Positions 35,728 to 45,575 of a stretch of 64,000 bases of DNA are shown in pieces. Under the pieces are notes generated by a model. That model had not been told where the DNA came from and ran no database searches. It saw only the letters and a list, made by a program, of their open reading frames with translations. The DNA comes from a virus, in IMG/VR virus record IMGVR_UViG_3300037518_000322, positions 32,001 through 96,000 of that record; one strand, written 5' to 3'. A program made the position numbers and the translations under genes. How positions within the stretch are numbered: the first letter of the stretch is position 1; every line of letters begins with the position of its first letter.

Positions 35728-37163
35728 GCGGCCTCCCCGAGGAGTCGGAGCAGGGTCTGTTCGTCCCGGACGATCTCTTCCATCCGCATTTCTTTGGTGG
35801 CGAGGATGTCCTGGGTGGCTTCTTCGACCGTTCCGGGGGTGATTTGCCGGATGATCTGTATCGCGTCGTGGCGTTCGGAGCCGATGCGGTAGATACGGTC
35901 TTCTGCCTGCTGCTGCTGGATGGAGCTGTATGAGGTCTGGAGGAAGACCATCCGCGACGCTCGGGTCAGGGTGAGGCCCTCGGCACCTGCCCCGAGCGTC
36001 AGCAGGATGGCGCGGAGCTTGCCGTTCTGGAATCGGTCGACGGCTTGTCCGCGCTCGTATCCCGACTGGGCCCCCGTCACGAGGCCGTGCGGGATGTTCA
36101 GGTTCGTCAGCTTCTCGGAGGCGAGTTCGATGAGCTGGCGGGAGACGGCGGCGACGACGAGGGGTTCGTCGGCGGTTTCTTCGAGGAGGTCGATGAGGTC
36201 GTCGACTTTGGGTGACGGGTTGGTCAGGCGGACGTTGCCCTGGTCGTCGACTTCGGCGGTGGCTGCGGCCAGTTGGTTGAGCCGCATGAGCTGTGCCAGC
36301 GGGTTGGGGGCGACGAGCAGTTCGCCGAGGTTGGCGATCATGTGCAGGCGCATCTGCTCGTACGCCTTCTTCAGCTTGGGCAGCATCGGCGTGTGGCGGA
36401 TGGCGGTGGGCAGCTTGTCGGGAAGCTGGGGCAGCGCTGCTTTCTTGGGGATGCGCCGCATGAGGGGGTCGACGATCTTGAAGAACTCGTCGTGGGTGGC
36501 GGGGTTGACGCCGTGGACGTCGAGGCCGCCGAAGAAGTTGACCGAGGTGTCAGCCCAGCGGTCGATGTACTTGGTCTTCGCTGGGAACCAGGTGGGTTCG
36601 ATGCCGTGGAGGAGGGACCAGAGGTCGCCGATGTCCTTGGCGATGGGGGTGCCGGTGGCGAGGAAGCGGAACTCGGCCTGGTGGAGGACTGCCCACAGTG
36701 CCCGGGTTTGCGCAGACTTCGCATCCTTGAGGCGATGTGCCTCGTCTGCTATGACGGTGCGGAAGCCCATCTCGTTGAGCTCTTTGGGTGCCCTGTCCTT
36801 CTCGCTCAGTGCGATGGTGCCGTACCCGGCGAGACGGGAGTGCAGGCGGATGGCCTCATAGTTGAGGACGAACACCTGGGCGTCGACGGCGAGTTGCTTG
36901 CGTCGCTTGGTGGCGGTGCCGTCGACTACCTGGACGGTCAGCTCGGGCGCCCACTGCGCGAGTTCGAAACTCCAGGTTGACGACTTCAGGGAGTTAGGGC
37001 AGACTACGAGCGCTGGGAAGGGGTTCTCCCCCGTTTCGGCGAGGACTTGCAGAGTCCGGATCAATTCCGCACTCTTCCCGAGCCCCGGAGGGTCGGCAAG
37101 GATCGCGCGGCGGTTTCGTACCAGGAACGCGACAGCGGGGCGCTGGAACGAGAACAGTCTCAC
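35724..37163 (-). CDS. SNF2-family DEAH helicase
   Basis: DPPGLGKS, DEAH, ATGTP, GAEGLTL, QAEDRIYRIG; GTG 37163 overlaps the upstream TGA. Confidence 0.9.
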   Translation of the reverse strand: MRLFSFQRPAVAFLVRNRRAILADPPGLGKSAELIRTLQVLAETGENPFPALVVCPNSLKSSTWSFELAQWAPELTVQVVDGTATKRRKQLAVDAQVFVLNYEAIRLHSRLAGYGTIALSEKDRAPKELNEMGFRTVIADEAHRLKDAKSAQTRALWAVLHQAEFRFLATGTPIAKDIGDLWSLLHGIEPTWFPAKTKYIDRWADTSVNFFGGLDVHGVNPATHDEFFKIVDPLMRRIPKKAALPQLPDKLPTAIRHTPMLPKLKKAYEQMRLHMIANLGELLVAPNPLAQLMRLNQLAAATAEVDDQGNVRLTNPSPKVDDLIDLLEETADEPLVVAAVSRQLIELASEKLTNLNIPHGLVTGAQSGYERGQAVDRFQNGKLRAILLTLGAGAEGLTLTRASRMVFLQTSYSSIQQQQAEDRIYRIGSERHDAIQIIRQITPGTVEEATQDILATKEMRMEEIVRDEQTLLRLLGEAA

Positions 37164-37489
37164 GCAGCGTCCTCCAGTCGCGTCTCGATACGGTCGATGA
37201 TCTGGGCGATGGGGTCGCTTGGGGGCAACTCCATCGCGTTCCGCAAGTCTGTGGCCGGTTTGATCCGGCTGTTGTAGATCTCCCAGGACCACTTCGTCAG
37301 CTCTACGCCCGTGAGAAGGTCGCTGCCGAAGAGTCCTCGGAGGGTTATGCATGTGGCCCACGAGAGTGGGGCCTTCCAGTATCCGGCGTCCTTGTCGTAT
37401 CGGGCGCCGGGTACTTGTTGGACGAGATGCCGTTCGTGGTACTGCGTCCGGACGGCGATGCGTCCATCCACGATCTCCGCGACCGGCAT
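37160..37489 (-). CDS. HARP-like stand-alone domain upstream of the SNF2 helicase
   Basis: QQVPGARYDKDAGYWKAP; GGAGG RBS. Confidence 0.55.
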   Translation of the reverse strand: MPVAEIVDGRIAVRTQYHERHLVQQVPGARYDKDAGYWKAPLSWATCITLRGLFGSDLLTGVELTKWSWEIYNSRIKPATDLRNAMELPPSDPIAQIIDRIETRLEDAA

Positions 37490-37560
37490 ACATCCTCCGC
37501 CGTATAACAGGCCGCGATCCGAACACGTTTCCGGGTTCAGGCGGCGATCGTACCATTCGA

Positions 37561-38019
37561 TCAGTAGCCAGCGGGCAGTCGTGTGCGGATGTTTCCAGGA
37601 ACTGGACGCTGCTTGATCAGGTGCCGGAACAGGTGAGCTGCCGCGTCGTTGGCGTGCTGCTGACCGGGGACGTACCAGCCGAGGCGCCGCAGGAAAACCA
37701 CCGAGCTCTTGAGCGAACGTGCCGATGACGGCTGGCCCTTGAGGACCGGCACGTCGTGCTTCTCGCACAGGCCCTCGATGATCGTGATGGCGCTGTTGCT
37801 GTGTTTCGCCTGCGTCCCCGGCTTTGCCCGTGAGGTCTGGATGTACAGCTCCCAGCCGACGGCCAGACGGCCTGCGTAACTGATGATCAGGCCCTGGACC
37901 ACGGCGCGGAGTTCGGTGTCCGTGTACTGGCCGGAGGCGAAGTGGTCGGCTTCGGTGTCGTACAGGGCGCCGCCGGTGGTCTTGCCCGGGTCGAACCAGG
38001 CGATGACCGTCCCGGTCAT
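37561..38019 (-). CDS. RuvC-like Holliday junction resolvase
   Basis: FDPGKTTG, VGWE, HANDAAAH. Confidence 0.7.
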   Translation of the reverse strand: MTGTVIAWFDPGKTTGGALYDTEADHFASGQYTDTELRAVVQGLIISYAGRLAVGWELYIQTSRAKPGTQAKHSNSAITIIEGLCEKHDVPVLKGQPSSARSLKSSVVFLRRLGWYVPGQQHANDAAAHLFRHLIKQRPVPGNIRTRLPAGY

Positions 38020-38333
38020 GGGTCCACGTCCTTGGGCCGCCGGACGAAGGGTGAATTCCTGCTCCGGTGCCAGCCGTTCTCCCACATCTCGCCGTACTTC
38101 TTGTTGTCCGCTTCGGCGAGTTCCTTGACGATCGGCGGTGCGGGCTCTCCGTTCACTACACGCTGGACTTCGCACGACGGATAGCGCCTGGCCCCTCGTG
38201 GGGTGCGATAGAACCCGATCACCCCTGACTGGGCCCAGCGGGCGACAGTCTGTGAGCAGACGTCGAAGATCTTCGCGACGTCGCTCGGGCTGTAGGTGTC
38301 CCCGTGGATCCACTCCTTCGGGACCTCAGTCAC
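38016..38333 (-). CDS. BldC-like MerR/Xis-type HTH regulator
   Basis: SPSDVAKIFDVCSQTVARWAQSG...RTPRGARRY..EV. Confidence 0.7.
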   Translation of the reverse strand: MTEVPKEWIHGDTYSPSDVAKIFDVCSQTVARWAQSGVIGFYRTPRGARRYPSCEVQRVVNGEPAPPIVKELAEADNKKYGEMWENGWHRSRNSPFVRRPKDVDP

Positions 38334-38694
38334 GCGTGCCTCCTTGTGCCATGGCGAGGGTGCGTGCGATGTCGGCGAGGGTCTTCGCCTGTTCGTCGAC
38401 CCGCTTGCGCTCGGCGTCGTAGTCGCGGCGCAGTGCACGAGTGTCCTCAGCGCCTTGGTAGTGGTGGACGAGGGCTTCGAGAAGGGCCCGGCCGCTGTCG
38501 TAGGGGAGCACCACCGTGGGCTTGTGGTGTGCTTCGTCCGCTGCGTAGTTGGCCTCGACGCCGATCTCTTCCCAGTGGAGGGCGTTGTTCTCGTGCGTGT
38601 AGTGCATGAGGCGTCTGCTGTCGTCGCGGTGGTCGACGATGAACACCTCGATGGCGTCACCCATGAACAACTGGCCGATGTGGGCGCGGATCAC
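38326..38694 (-). CDS. hypothetical protein
   Basis: Coupled ORF with C-terminal coiled coil. Confidence 0.6.
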   Translation of the reverse strand: MIRAHIGQLFMGDAIEVFIVDHRDDSRRLMHYTHENNALHWEEIGVEANYAADEAHHKPTVVLPYDSGRALLEALVHHYQGAEDTRALRRDYDAERKRVDEQAKTLADIARTLAMAQGGTRD

Positions 38695-38825
38695 GTGAGC
38701 CCCCTGATGATCGGTTCGGCGAACACCAATATGGCGCCCAGGATGGTGCCCAGTGCTATACCGAGTAGGCCAGCGATGAGGAGGGCGTCGATGGTCTTCT
38801 GGTGGTTGCGGTTCACTTCTGCCAC
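38691..38825 (-). CDS. small membrane protein
   Basis: Single hydrophobic helix; GGAGAG RBS. Confidence 0.45.
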   Translation of the reverse strand: MAEVNRNHQKTIDALLIAGLLGIALGTILGAILVFAEPIIRGLT

Positions 38826-41581
38826 CTCTCCGGCATGATCTTCCCTCCGGCGGTGAGGGGCACGCGGTATGACTTCGTGTCCGTCATGCACGCCTCGACT
38901 GTCTTCAAGACCTCTTCCGCCTGGTCGACGGGGGCTTCGAGGAGGATCTCGTCATGTACGGGCAGGACGAGCATGTCAATGAGTCCGGCGGCGTCCATGA
39001 CGACCAGGCGCTGCTTCAGGTACTCCGCAGCCGTCCCCTGGATCTTGGCGTTCGGCAGCTGGGTGTGCTCGCGTCCTTTGTCGGCGATCAGAGGACGTCC
39101 GAGCGGGGTGAAAGTGGTGGGCCGTTCGTACTGGCGGGCTTCCCGCACGATGCGGTCGCTCATGGTCTTCAGGCCCGGGAAACGCTTGTCGAAGGCTGCC
39201 TTGACCGGCGTCATCTGAGCTTCGGTGACACCGGCGGTCTGCGCCATCTTCTCTACACCGGCCCCGTAGATGCTGTTTCCGGTGAGGACAATGCGAGAGC
39301 CTCGTTCGTCGGGGACACGCATCGTCCATGTCCCCAGCTCTGTGGTAACGCACCATACGGGACCCTCGCCCACCGGCTCCTTGGTAATCCGCTGGCCGGT
39401 CAGGAACGGCCGGGTGCTGTAGACCTTGCCGACCATCTTCTTGCTCCACGCCGCAGTGGGTTGTTCCCACCGCTCCGTTGATACTTCACCTGCCATGTAG
39501 GTCAGCACGGAAACGAGCTCGATTTGCCACGACTTGGTCTTCGTGAACGGCTTGCCGTCGGCAAGCTGCATGGCGTTGAGCATGGCGCTCGCCTGACTGG
39601 AACTGAGCGACGCGGCGAAGATGGCAGCGTCGGGCCACGTGTCGTAGAAACTGCCTGCACGCCGGATCAGATCGCGTACCCAGGGTCCGTGCAAGTTCCA
39701 TACGACATAGTCCGGCTGGCTGTCCCTCATGTACCTCTTGTGTGGAACATCGTTCCTCACAAGGAGATCATCGATTACCGCAGCGTACTTCTTGACCGAC
39801 TGGCGGATCTCACCAGTGACCATCCGCTTGGTCCCACCCGCTTGAGACGGACCTCCCTCCACGTAGTTGACACGCAGAGATCCATCACTCAACAGCCAGC
39901 CGAGGATGGCGGCCTCATCATCATTGATTGGCACGCCGTGCGGCTGGTCGAAGGGCGCGGCCAGGATGATTCGGTGCTCCTTGGAGAGCTCTTCGGTGGT
40001 GCAGAACTCTTCAATGAGTGCCCTTGTGCCATCTTTCAGGTACCGGCGCTTCTCACTGAACCACCTGTGGTTTGGTGTTGTCACGTACGACTGATGTGCG
40101 TTGCCGACCTTAACTAGCTCGGCCGAAGGGTAGTGGTGAAGCTTGGTGATCTTCGTCCACACCGACCTTTTCTTGATCGGGTCGTACCCGATCGTCTCGT
40201 CCCCGGGCTCCACTTCGTCGCATCTGAGCCAGCCGCGTCGTGTGAGGATCTGGTACTCCAGGGGCACGCATCCGTACACGGTGTTCTTGGTGAGCTGTCG
40301 GCGGTGGTCGTCTTTGCTGATGGGTTCACCGAAGATCTGGCTGGCGACACCGCAGAAGAAGTCGCCGCCACCCTCGTCGGCTTTGCGGAAGGCCTCGATC
40401 AGGCCATCGTCTTGTGAGAAATGGGCGGCAAGTCTTGCCTCAACTTGGTCCAAGTCGCATGAAATCAAGACATACCCAGGACGGGGGATGAAGGAGCCTC
40501 GGATGACCTTGTCGTCACGGGGCAGCTGCTGGAGGGCGGGGTCAGAGACGGACATCCGGCCCGTCCTAGCCCCCATGACGTTGACGTTCGCACGGACGAC
40601 GTCGTTCGCATCGCGCAGCTCAAGGAACTTAGCTGAGTATCTGTCACGTATATCCTCAACATGCCGGACTGCGCGTATGTACTCGGCGAGTTGACGAACG
40701 GCGGTGTTCTCGCCGGAGGTGGCGTAGAACTTCAGGGCGTCCTTGTCGAACCGGGGAGCGCCCCGGTCGGTGAAGTGAACGACCTTCTGACCTGCCGCCT
40801 CCATAGCCTTGGCTATCTGCCCGGATGACTTAGGGCTGGTGATCTTGTGCGCCGACTTCAGCCAGTCGCGGATCTCTTTGGACTTGGTGTCGAAGTCGGC
40901 GATGGAGTCCTCGACATAGGGGACGTCGAGAAGCAAGCCCTTGCGCATCATGGCCGTGCAAATGCGGTTCGCAGCACGTTCCAGGCTGTAGGCCTCGGGG
41001 CAGGTGGCCTGAATGCGGGGGGTGAAGTGGCGTTCCAGGTGGGCGGTCTCTACTGGATCGAGACTCGCGTACAGCCAATAGGGCGCGTAGTCGATGGGGA
41101 CGGTGCCCCATGTCCAGCCGTTGTCCTTCATTCCCTCGTCGAGCGCCCGCTGTCCATAGGCGGCGGCGGGGTCGACGATCTTCGATGCGAGGGGCTTGAG
41201 GCCGTTGCTGCGGGTGGGGTCGTCCAGGCGCGCCATAGTGAGCGTGTCGTGCAGGCGTTCCCAGGGGAGTTCGTAGCCGGTGTGTTCGGCGATGAACTGC
41301 CAGTCGAAGATGCTGTTGTGGGCGACCCAGTCGCCGTCGTACTGGTGGAAGACTTCGAGGGCGAGGCCACCCCATTGTTCCCAGGGGATAGCCCAACCTT
41401 GGTTGAGGTCTCCGATCTGGATGAGGCGGAGCTTGTCGCGGTAGGCGCTGAGACCGGAGCTTTCCGTGTCGACAGCGAGGGGGCCTTCGCGGCGCTGGCT
41501 GAGCCAGGTCTTGAGCGCGACGGCGTCGCTGACGCTCTCCACGAGGTGGAGTTGTACGTCTGCGAGCGGTGATGTCGTCAC
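38813..41581 (-). CDS. DNA polymerase I (family A, 3'-5' exonuclease + polymerase) containing an intein
   Basis: DTESSGL, HN..FD, TGRMS, DLDQVEAR, KNTVYG|SIYG, IQGTAA, VHDE. Confidence 0.93.
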   Translation of the reverse strand: MTTSPLADVQLHLVESVSDAVALKTWLSQRREGPLAVDTESSGLSAYRDKLRLIQIGDLNQGWAIPWEQWGGLALEVFHQYDGDWVAHNSIFDWQFIAEHTGYELPWERLHDTLTMARLDDPTRSNGLKPLASKIVDPAAAYGQRALDEGMKDNGWTWGTVPIDYAPYWLYASLDPVETAHLERHFTPRIQATCPEAYSLERAANRICTAMMRKGLLLDVPYVEDSIADFDTKSKEIRDWLKSAHKITSPKSSGQIAKAMEAAGQKVVHFTDRGAPRFDKDALKFYATSGENTAVRQLAEYIRAVRHVEDIRDRYSAKFLELRDANDVVRANVNVMGARTGRMSVSDPALQQLPRDDKVIRGSFIPRPGYVLISCDLDQVEARLAAHFSQDDGLIEAFRKADEGGGDFFCGVASQIFGEPISKDDHRRQLTKNTVYGCVPLEYQILTRRGWLRCDEVEPGDETIGYDPIKKRSVWTKITKLHHYPSAELVKVGNAHQSYVTTPNHRWFSEKRRYLKDGTRALIEEFCTTEELSKEHRIILAAPFDQPHGVPINDDEAAILGWLLSDGSLRVNYVEGGPSQAGGTKRMVTGEIRQSVKKYAAVIDDLLVRNDVPHKRYMRDSQPDYVVWNLHGPWVRDLIRRAGSFYDTWPDAAIFAASLSSSQASAMLNAMQLADGKPFTKTKSWQIELVSVLTYMAGEVSTERWEQPTAAWSKKMVGKVYSTRPFLTGQRITKEPVGEGPVWCVTTELGTWTMRVPDERGSRIVLTGNSIYGAGVEKMAQTAGVTEAQMTPVKAAFDKRFPGLKTMSDRIVREARQYERPTTFTPLGRPLIADKGREHTQLPNAKIQGTAAEYLKQRLVVMDAAGLIDMLVLPVHDEILLEAPVDQAEEVLKTVEACMTDTKSYRVPLTAGGKIMPERWQK
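39275..40270 (-). mobile_element. intein with LAGLIDADG homing endonuclease in PolA motif B
   Basis: 332 aa; starts CVPLEYQIL; block B TPNHRW; ILGWLLSDGS and MQLADG; ends VWCVTT...TGN followed by Ser. Confidence 0.9.
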
Positions 41582-41694
41582 GCGTGCGGCCCCCTCGTGT
41601 TTTGTCCGAGGGGCACACGTTAAAGCCATCAAGGTTGACGGCGCAAGATTATCTCATGGGGAAGTTTTTGTGTCAACCCGAAGGGGACAACTTT

Positions 41695-42051
41695 TTACGC
41701 GGCGTCATCGAGGGCGGCGGGTGGGCCGGACTGTCCCAGCCACTTCAGCCAGGCCGCTTGTTCCTTCTCGGTGCATGCCGGGTAGGCCGTGTCGAGGCCG
41801 AGGATGATGAGCACACCCGGGTACTCGTCGTCCTCGCTCAGGAGACTGTCGTTGTCGCGCCGGTGGTTGGGATGATCACAGGATCCCGTCTTCGGTGTGG
41901 TGCACTCATGCTTGTTGCACCGGCGCCGTATCTTCATGGCGGCCATCCGCCGCTGGATGTCGTCGGCCTCGTCGTCGTCGATCGGCGCGGCGCGGCGGGG
42001 CCGGGCGGGAGGCCGGGACTGGGGGGTGTCGTAGTCGTTGTAAAAGTCCAC
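41695..42051 (-). CDS. hypothetical protein
   Basis: AAGGAA RBS; Cys/His cluster. Confidence 0.55.
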   Translation of the reverse strand: MDFYNDYDTPQSRPPARPRRAAPIDDDEADDIQRRMAAMKIRRRCNKHECTTPKTGSCDHPNHRRDNDSLLSEDDEYPGVLIILGLDTAYPACTEKEQAAWLKWLGQSGPPAALDDAA

Positions 42052-42060
42052 ATCGGTTCC

Positions 42061-42705
42061 TTATGTCATCTTTGCTGTCGTGTCGGCGATCCAACGGTAG
42101 AAGGCTAGTCGTTCGTCTTCCGGGATCCGGCCCCGCAGCCAGACATCGATGTTCTGCGGCCCGCCAGCGCCCCAGGCGGGCACCCTTCGGTCCGGAACCT
42201 TCCAGGCCTTCGCGATTTCCGGTTCCTCATGTGCGGCCTTACGGAGCAATTTCGCTGCCATTTCGCTGATTTCGCCATTGCGCTGGTACAGCTTGGCGAT
42301 GATGTCGGCAGGGTCAATGCATACGTAGAAGTGGGGGTCGTCTCTTTCTTCGGAAATCCGGTTGATATCATTCATACGTTCAAGTTCGGGCGGGTTGCAC
42401 CGTTCGCAGGGAAAAAGATTCCTCCACCGGTTATCACTCTGGCGCACGTCGCCCACGGTGGTGCGTTTATGGTGCGGCTTGGCGCATCGCGCGCTGGGGC
42501 GGTGGTAGACGTAGGACCGGGCGGTGATCTCCAGTCCGTAGCGGTACGGAGTGTCTGTGTCGATGATCCGGTACAGCGCCATGTCGGTCCAGCGCGGCTT
42601 GTCGTCCCGCCCCTCCATGAAGACGGCCAGGGCCTTCCCCTTGAGGGTCAGGGGACCCAGTCGGTCATGGACGGTGAATTCTTGGATTTCTCCCACGTGT
42701 ATCAC
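42061..42705 (-). CDS. hypothetical protein
   Basis: 214-aa ORF; PRWTDMALY; CERC. Confidence 0.65.
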   Translation of the reverse strand: MIHVGEIQEFTVHDRLGPLTLKGKALAVFMEGRDDKPRWTDMALYRIIDTDTPYRYGLEITARSYVYHRPSARCAKPHHKRTTVGDVRQSDNRWRNLFPCERCNPPELERMNDINRISEERDDPHFYVCIDPADIIAKLYQRNGEISEMAAKLLRKAAHEEPEIAKAWKVPDRRVPAWGAGGPQNIDVWLRGRIPEDERLAFYRWIADTTAKMT

Positions 42706-43176
42706 TCTCGCCGGACGCCGTTGACAACATCTGCACGTGCATGTGCATGTGCACCCTCAGTCATGTTCAAGACAGAGGGCTGATATGTCTCCGGGTGGGG
42801 GGTCCCAGGTGGCCGTAAGCGTGCGCGACCAGCCTTCCTTGTCTCGGCGAAAGAGTAACAGACGGGTGACGAACGTCCGCCCTGATGTGGTGCGGATCGC
42901 ACCGGCGATCAGGGCGGACGCAGCTTTCGGGCAGGTTAGTCCTTTTGGCCGATATCGAGTGGACGAATTCCCTTTGCACTCCCTAGGTCAATGTCCCACC
43001 GGCGGGGTGTATATCCGTCTTCCCACTCCACTTCCTGCCTGACGGTCGACTCGCTGTCACTCTCCGGGGCGGGCCGACGCTGCTGGGACATGCAGAAGCT
43101 TTCGTGTCCGCATCCGTCGCAGCAGGCTGCGCAGTCGCAGTTGGGCTTCCTGCGTGTATGACTCACGATGTGCTCC

Positions 43177-43617
43177 TCACAGGCTGTTCAGCCAGGTCCG
43201 GGCACGCGTGGTACGCCACACGTCGGGCTCGATGCCGTAGTCCTTCATGAGCTTCACGCAGTTCCACGTTCCGCGTGAGCGGGGGCTGGGGAAGGCCAGG
43301 CCGTGGATCCGTTCACGGGGAACGGTGTTCACCGCCTCGATGACCATGCCGTGGTTGCGGATGGGGCCTGCGGCGCTCCCGTGCTGGTCCCAGTCCGCAT
43401 CGAAGGCCTTGACCTCTATGTCGTGGACGGTCTGTGCCCAGTCGTCGGCGTACTGGTCGGCGCCGGTCATCTCGCCGGTGAGTCTGTCCCTGCACGCGCC
43501 GTGGAAGAGGATGAACCGGCCGTGCTTGACGTAGAGGGCGTTCAGGTTGCTGTGGACGATGCGGGGGTAGGGGTAGTCGCGTCCCCCGGTGACGATGACC
43601 AGATGCGCGGTGGTCAT
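43177..43617 (-). CDS. DUF2493/SLOG-family protein
   Basis: VTGGRDY, HGAC..GAD, AAGPIRN..M, SRGT. Confidence 0.8.
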   Translation of the reverse strand: MTTAHLVIVTGGRDYPYPRIVHSNLNALYVKHGRFILFHGACRDRLTGEMTGADQYADDWAQTVHDIEVKAFDADWDQHGSAAGPIRNHGMVIEAVNTVPRERIHGLAFPSPRSRGTWNCVKLMKDYGIEPDVWRTTRARTWLNSL

Positions 43618-43757
43618 GAGGCCTCACGCAGGCCGTTGAGGACACGGATCACTGTGTTTGTGTCGGCGTTGAACGTGTGGGGGACGATGGGGTACTCCAC
43701 CGTCATGTCGTCGTCGTCGGTGGAGTCATCGTCTGTCTGGTGCTGTTCGCTGGCCAT
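43614..43757 (-). CDS. small acidic protein
   Basis: 47 aa; GACAAGGAAGG upstream; ATGA-coupled. Confidence 0.5.
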   Translation of the reverse strand: MASEQHQTDDDSTDDDDMTVEYPIVPHTFNADTNTVIRVLNGLREAS

Positions 43758-43842
43758 AACAGGCCTTCCTTGTCGTGGATGGTACGAAGCGGCCGGGTCC
43801 TTCAGCGTACGAAGGTCCGGCCGCTTGTGCGCCCTCGCGGGC

Positions 43843-44091
43843 TCATGCCTCTGGCATGAAGGGGTCGTCGATGGGTATGCCGCCCTTCAGGACCAGAAGG
43901 GCGGATTCTTCTCTCTGTTCCCTCAAGTGCCGTCGTGCTGTGTGCAGATGCTGGAGCAGGTGGCGCGTGGTTTCACTGACACTCTGACCACCGGGTACGT
44001 CGCCGAGGACGTCGTCGATTCCCTCCTCGGTGAGCTCGACGAAGACGGTCCGCTGGCCGTGGATGCTGCTGACGCGTGGGGCTTCAGCCAT
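43843..44091 (-). CDS. hypothetical protein
   Basis: Overlaps the upstream gene end. Confidence 0.5.
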   Translation of the reverse strand: MAEAPRVSSIHGQRTVFVELTEEGIDDVLGDVPGGQSVSETTRHLLQHLHTARRHLREQREESALLVLKGGIPIDDPFMPEA

Positions 44092-44701
44092 CGGCGCTCT
44101 CGTCCATGCGCACCAGTGCGCTGTTCCTGATGTGCAACATCAATCCCGTTTCACTGGTGTAGCCCTGCCCAGTCTTGACGCACTCGGCATGCGCGGTGCA
44201 GGAATGGGTCAGGATCCCGTCCGGGTCCTCCCAAGTAATCTCCCAGGTCCTGGCCCCGTTGTGGCACTGGTCGGCGTGTCCGCTCCGCCCGCTGTAGTCG
44301 ATGCGACGAGGGCCGCCCTTTGACTGCGGGTGGGGCAGCGGGCAGACGATGTACTGCTTGGGTTTCTCCTTCTTCGCAGGTTCCTCGGCTGCTGGTGCCG
44401 TCTCGGGCCCCTCCGCCTTCGGACTCTCCAGCTCCTTCGGCTGCTTCTTAGCCGGGACCTTTGGTGGGGACTTCTTCCGCTTCTGCTCCGGCGGGAAAGA
44501 CACGGGTTCGATCGGCTGACCGCAGGCCTGAAGCATCTCCAGGAACTCCCCGTACGCCTTCAGGCAGCGTTCGCAGAACAGGTATTTCTTGGCAGGCTGC
44601 CCGTCAAATGCGATGACGTGCTCCCGGTATGCGAATGTCTCGGGAAGCTCCAGGTGTTCACACGGGTCGCACAGGTCCGTGACAACGACGCGGCGGCCCA
44701 T
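44084..44701 (-). CDS. Cys-rich protein, N-terminus weakly Lsr2-dimerisation-like
   Basis: MGRRVVVTDLCD...VIAFDG...Y; Lys/Pro linker; C-terminal C/H cluster. Confidence 0.5.
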   Translation of the reverse strand: MGRRVVVTDLCDPCEHLELPETFAYREHVIAFDGQPAKKYLFCERCLKAYGEFLEMLQACGQPIEPVSFPPEQKRKKSPPKVPAKKQPKELESPKAEGPETAPAAEEPAKKEKPKQYIVCPLPHPQSKGGPRRIDYSGRSGHADQCHNGARTWEITWEDPDGILTHSCTAHAECVKTGQGYTSETGLMLHIRNSALVRMDESADG

Positions 44702-45048
44702 CAGCGCCTCACCCTCTTCGCGATGTTGTTCTGGATCCTGTGCTTACGCAGGATCGCCCGGCCGTCACGGTCCATGCGGCCAGTCCCTCGTGGCAGCAGG
44801 TAGCCCTCGGGGTAGTCCGTGCACTTGACGTTCAGCGTGTAGCCGTCAGCGTCCACGAGCTCGGTCCGCTTGGTCTGGCATCGGCGGCACTTCTCCGTCT
44901 GGGAGAAGGTGCCATCTTCGTTCTCGACCGCGTGAGGGTAGCTCCAGTTGTGGCCCTTCACCCGGCAATCGACGTGCACGGCCTTGTTCTGGAACACCCA
45001 CTCTTCGACGTCTTCGGTCGCAGCGTGCTTGAAGCCGTTGGTGGTCAT
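44701..45048 (-). CDS. Zn-finger hypothetical protein
   Basis: CRVKGHNW, CRRC, YPEGYL. Confidence 0.6.
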   Translation of the reverse strand: MTTNGFKHAATEDVEEWVFQNKAVHVDCRVKGHNWSYPHAVENEDGTFSQTEKCRRCQTKRTELVDADGYTLNVKCTDYPEGYLLPRGTGRMDRDGRAILRKHRIQNNIAKRVRR

Positions 45049-45070
45049 GGTGATGTCCTCTGTTCTTGGG

Positions 45071-45508
45071 TCAGCTCAGTGAGGGCAGGAACTGCCAGCG
45101 TGGTTCTTCCTGGTGGGGCGTCAGGCCCAGCACGGCCAGGGCTTTTGTGAGGCGGGAGTCCCATTCGGGGTCTGCCTTCATCGGGCCTCCTGGTGTCATG
45201 CTGATGCTGTCGCCCCAACTGTCCGTGGATTGATAGCTTCCCTCTGCGACGAGGACGACGTATACATCGCTGGAGCCGGGGTGTGCGAGGTCGCCGTAGG
45301 TGTGGAAGGCGACGCCGTCCAGTGCCCCGTGGGCGCTGAGGTAGCCCATGGCGGCGGCGATGAATTCGCCACAGCTGCGGCGGTTCCCGACGTCGTAGTA
45401 CCAGTCGAGGCTGAGTGCGCCGAAGCGGTTGGCTTCCTTGACGTCCCAGCCGTCGGGGTTGCCGAGGTAGTAGCCGTAGGCCTTGGCTATTGTCGCAACT
45501 GGTCGCAA
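45071..45508 (-). CDS. hypothetical protein
   Basis: GGAGGGAG RBS; AYGYYLG...ALAVLGLTP. Confidence 0.6.
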   Translation of the reverse strand: MRPVATIAKAYGYYLGNPDGWDVKEANRFGALSLDWYYDVGNRRSCGEFIAAAMGYLSAHGALDGVAFHTYGDLAHPGSSDVYVVLVAEGSYQSTDSWGDSISMTPGGPMKADPEWDSRLTKALAVLGLTPHQEEPRWQFLPSLS

Positions 45509-45575
45509 TGCTGTCTCCCTCCACGCTGTGGGTGGTATGCAGCCTACCTTCGCATACCACCCACAGCAGCGGTGG

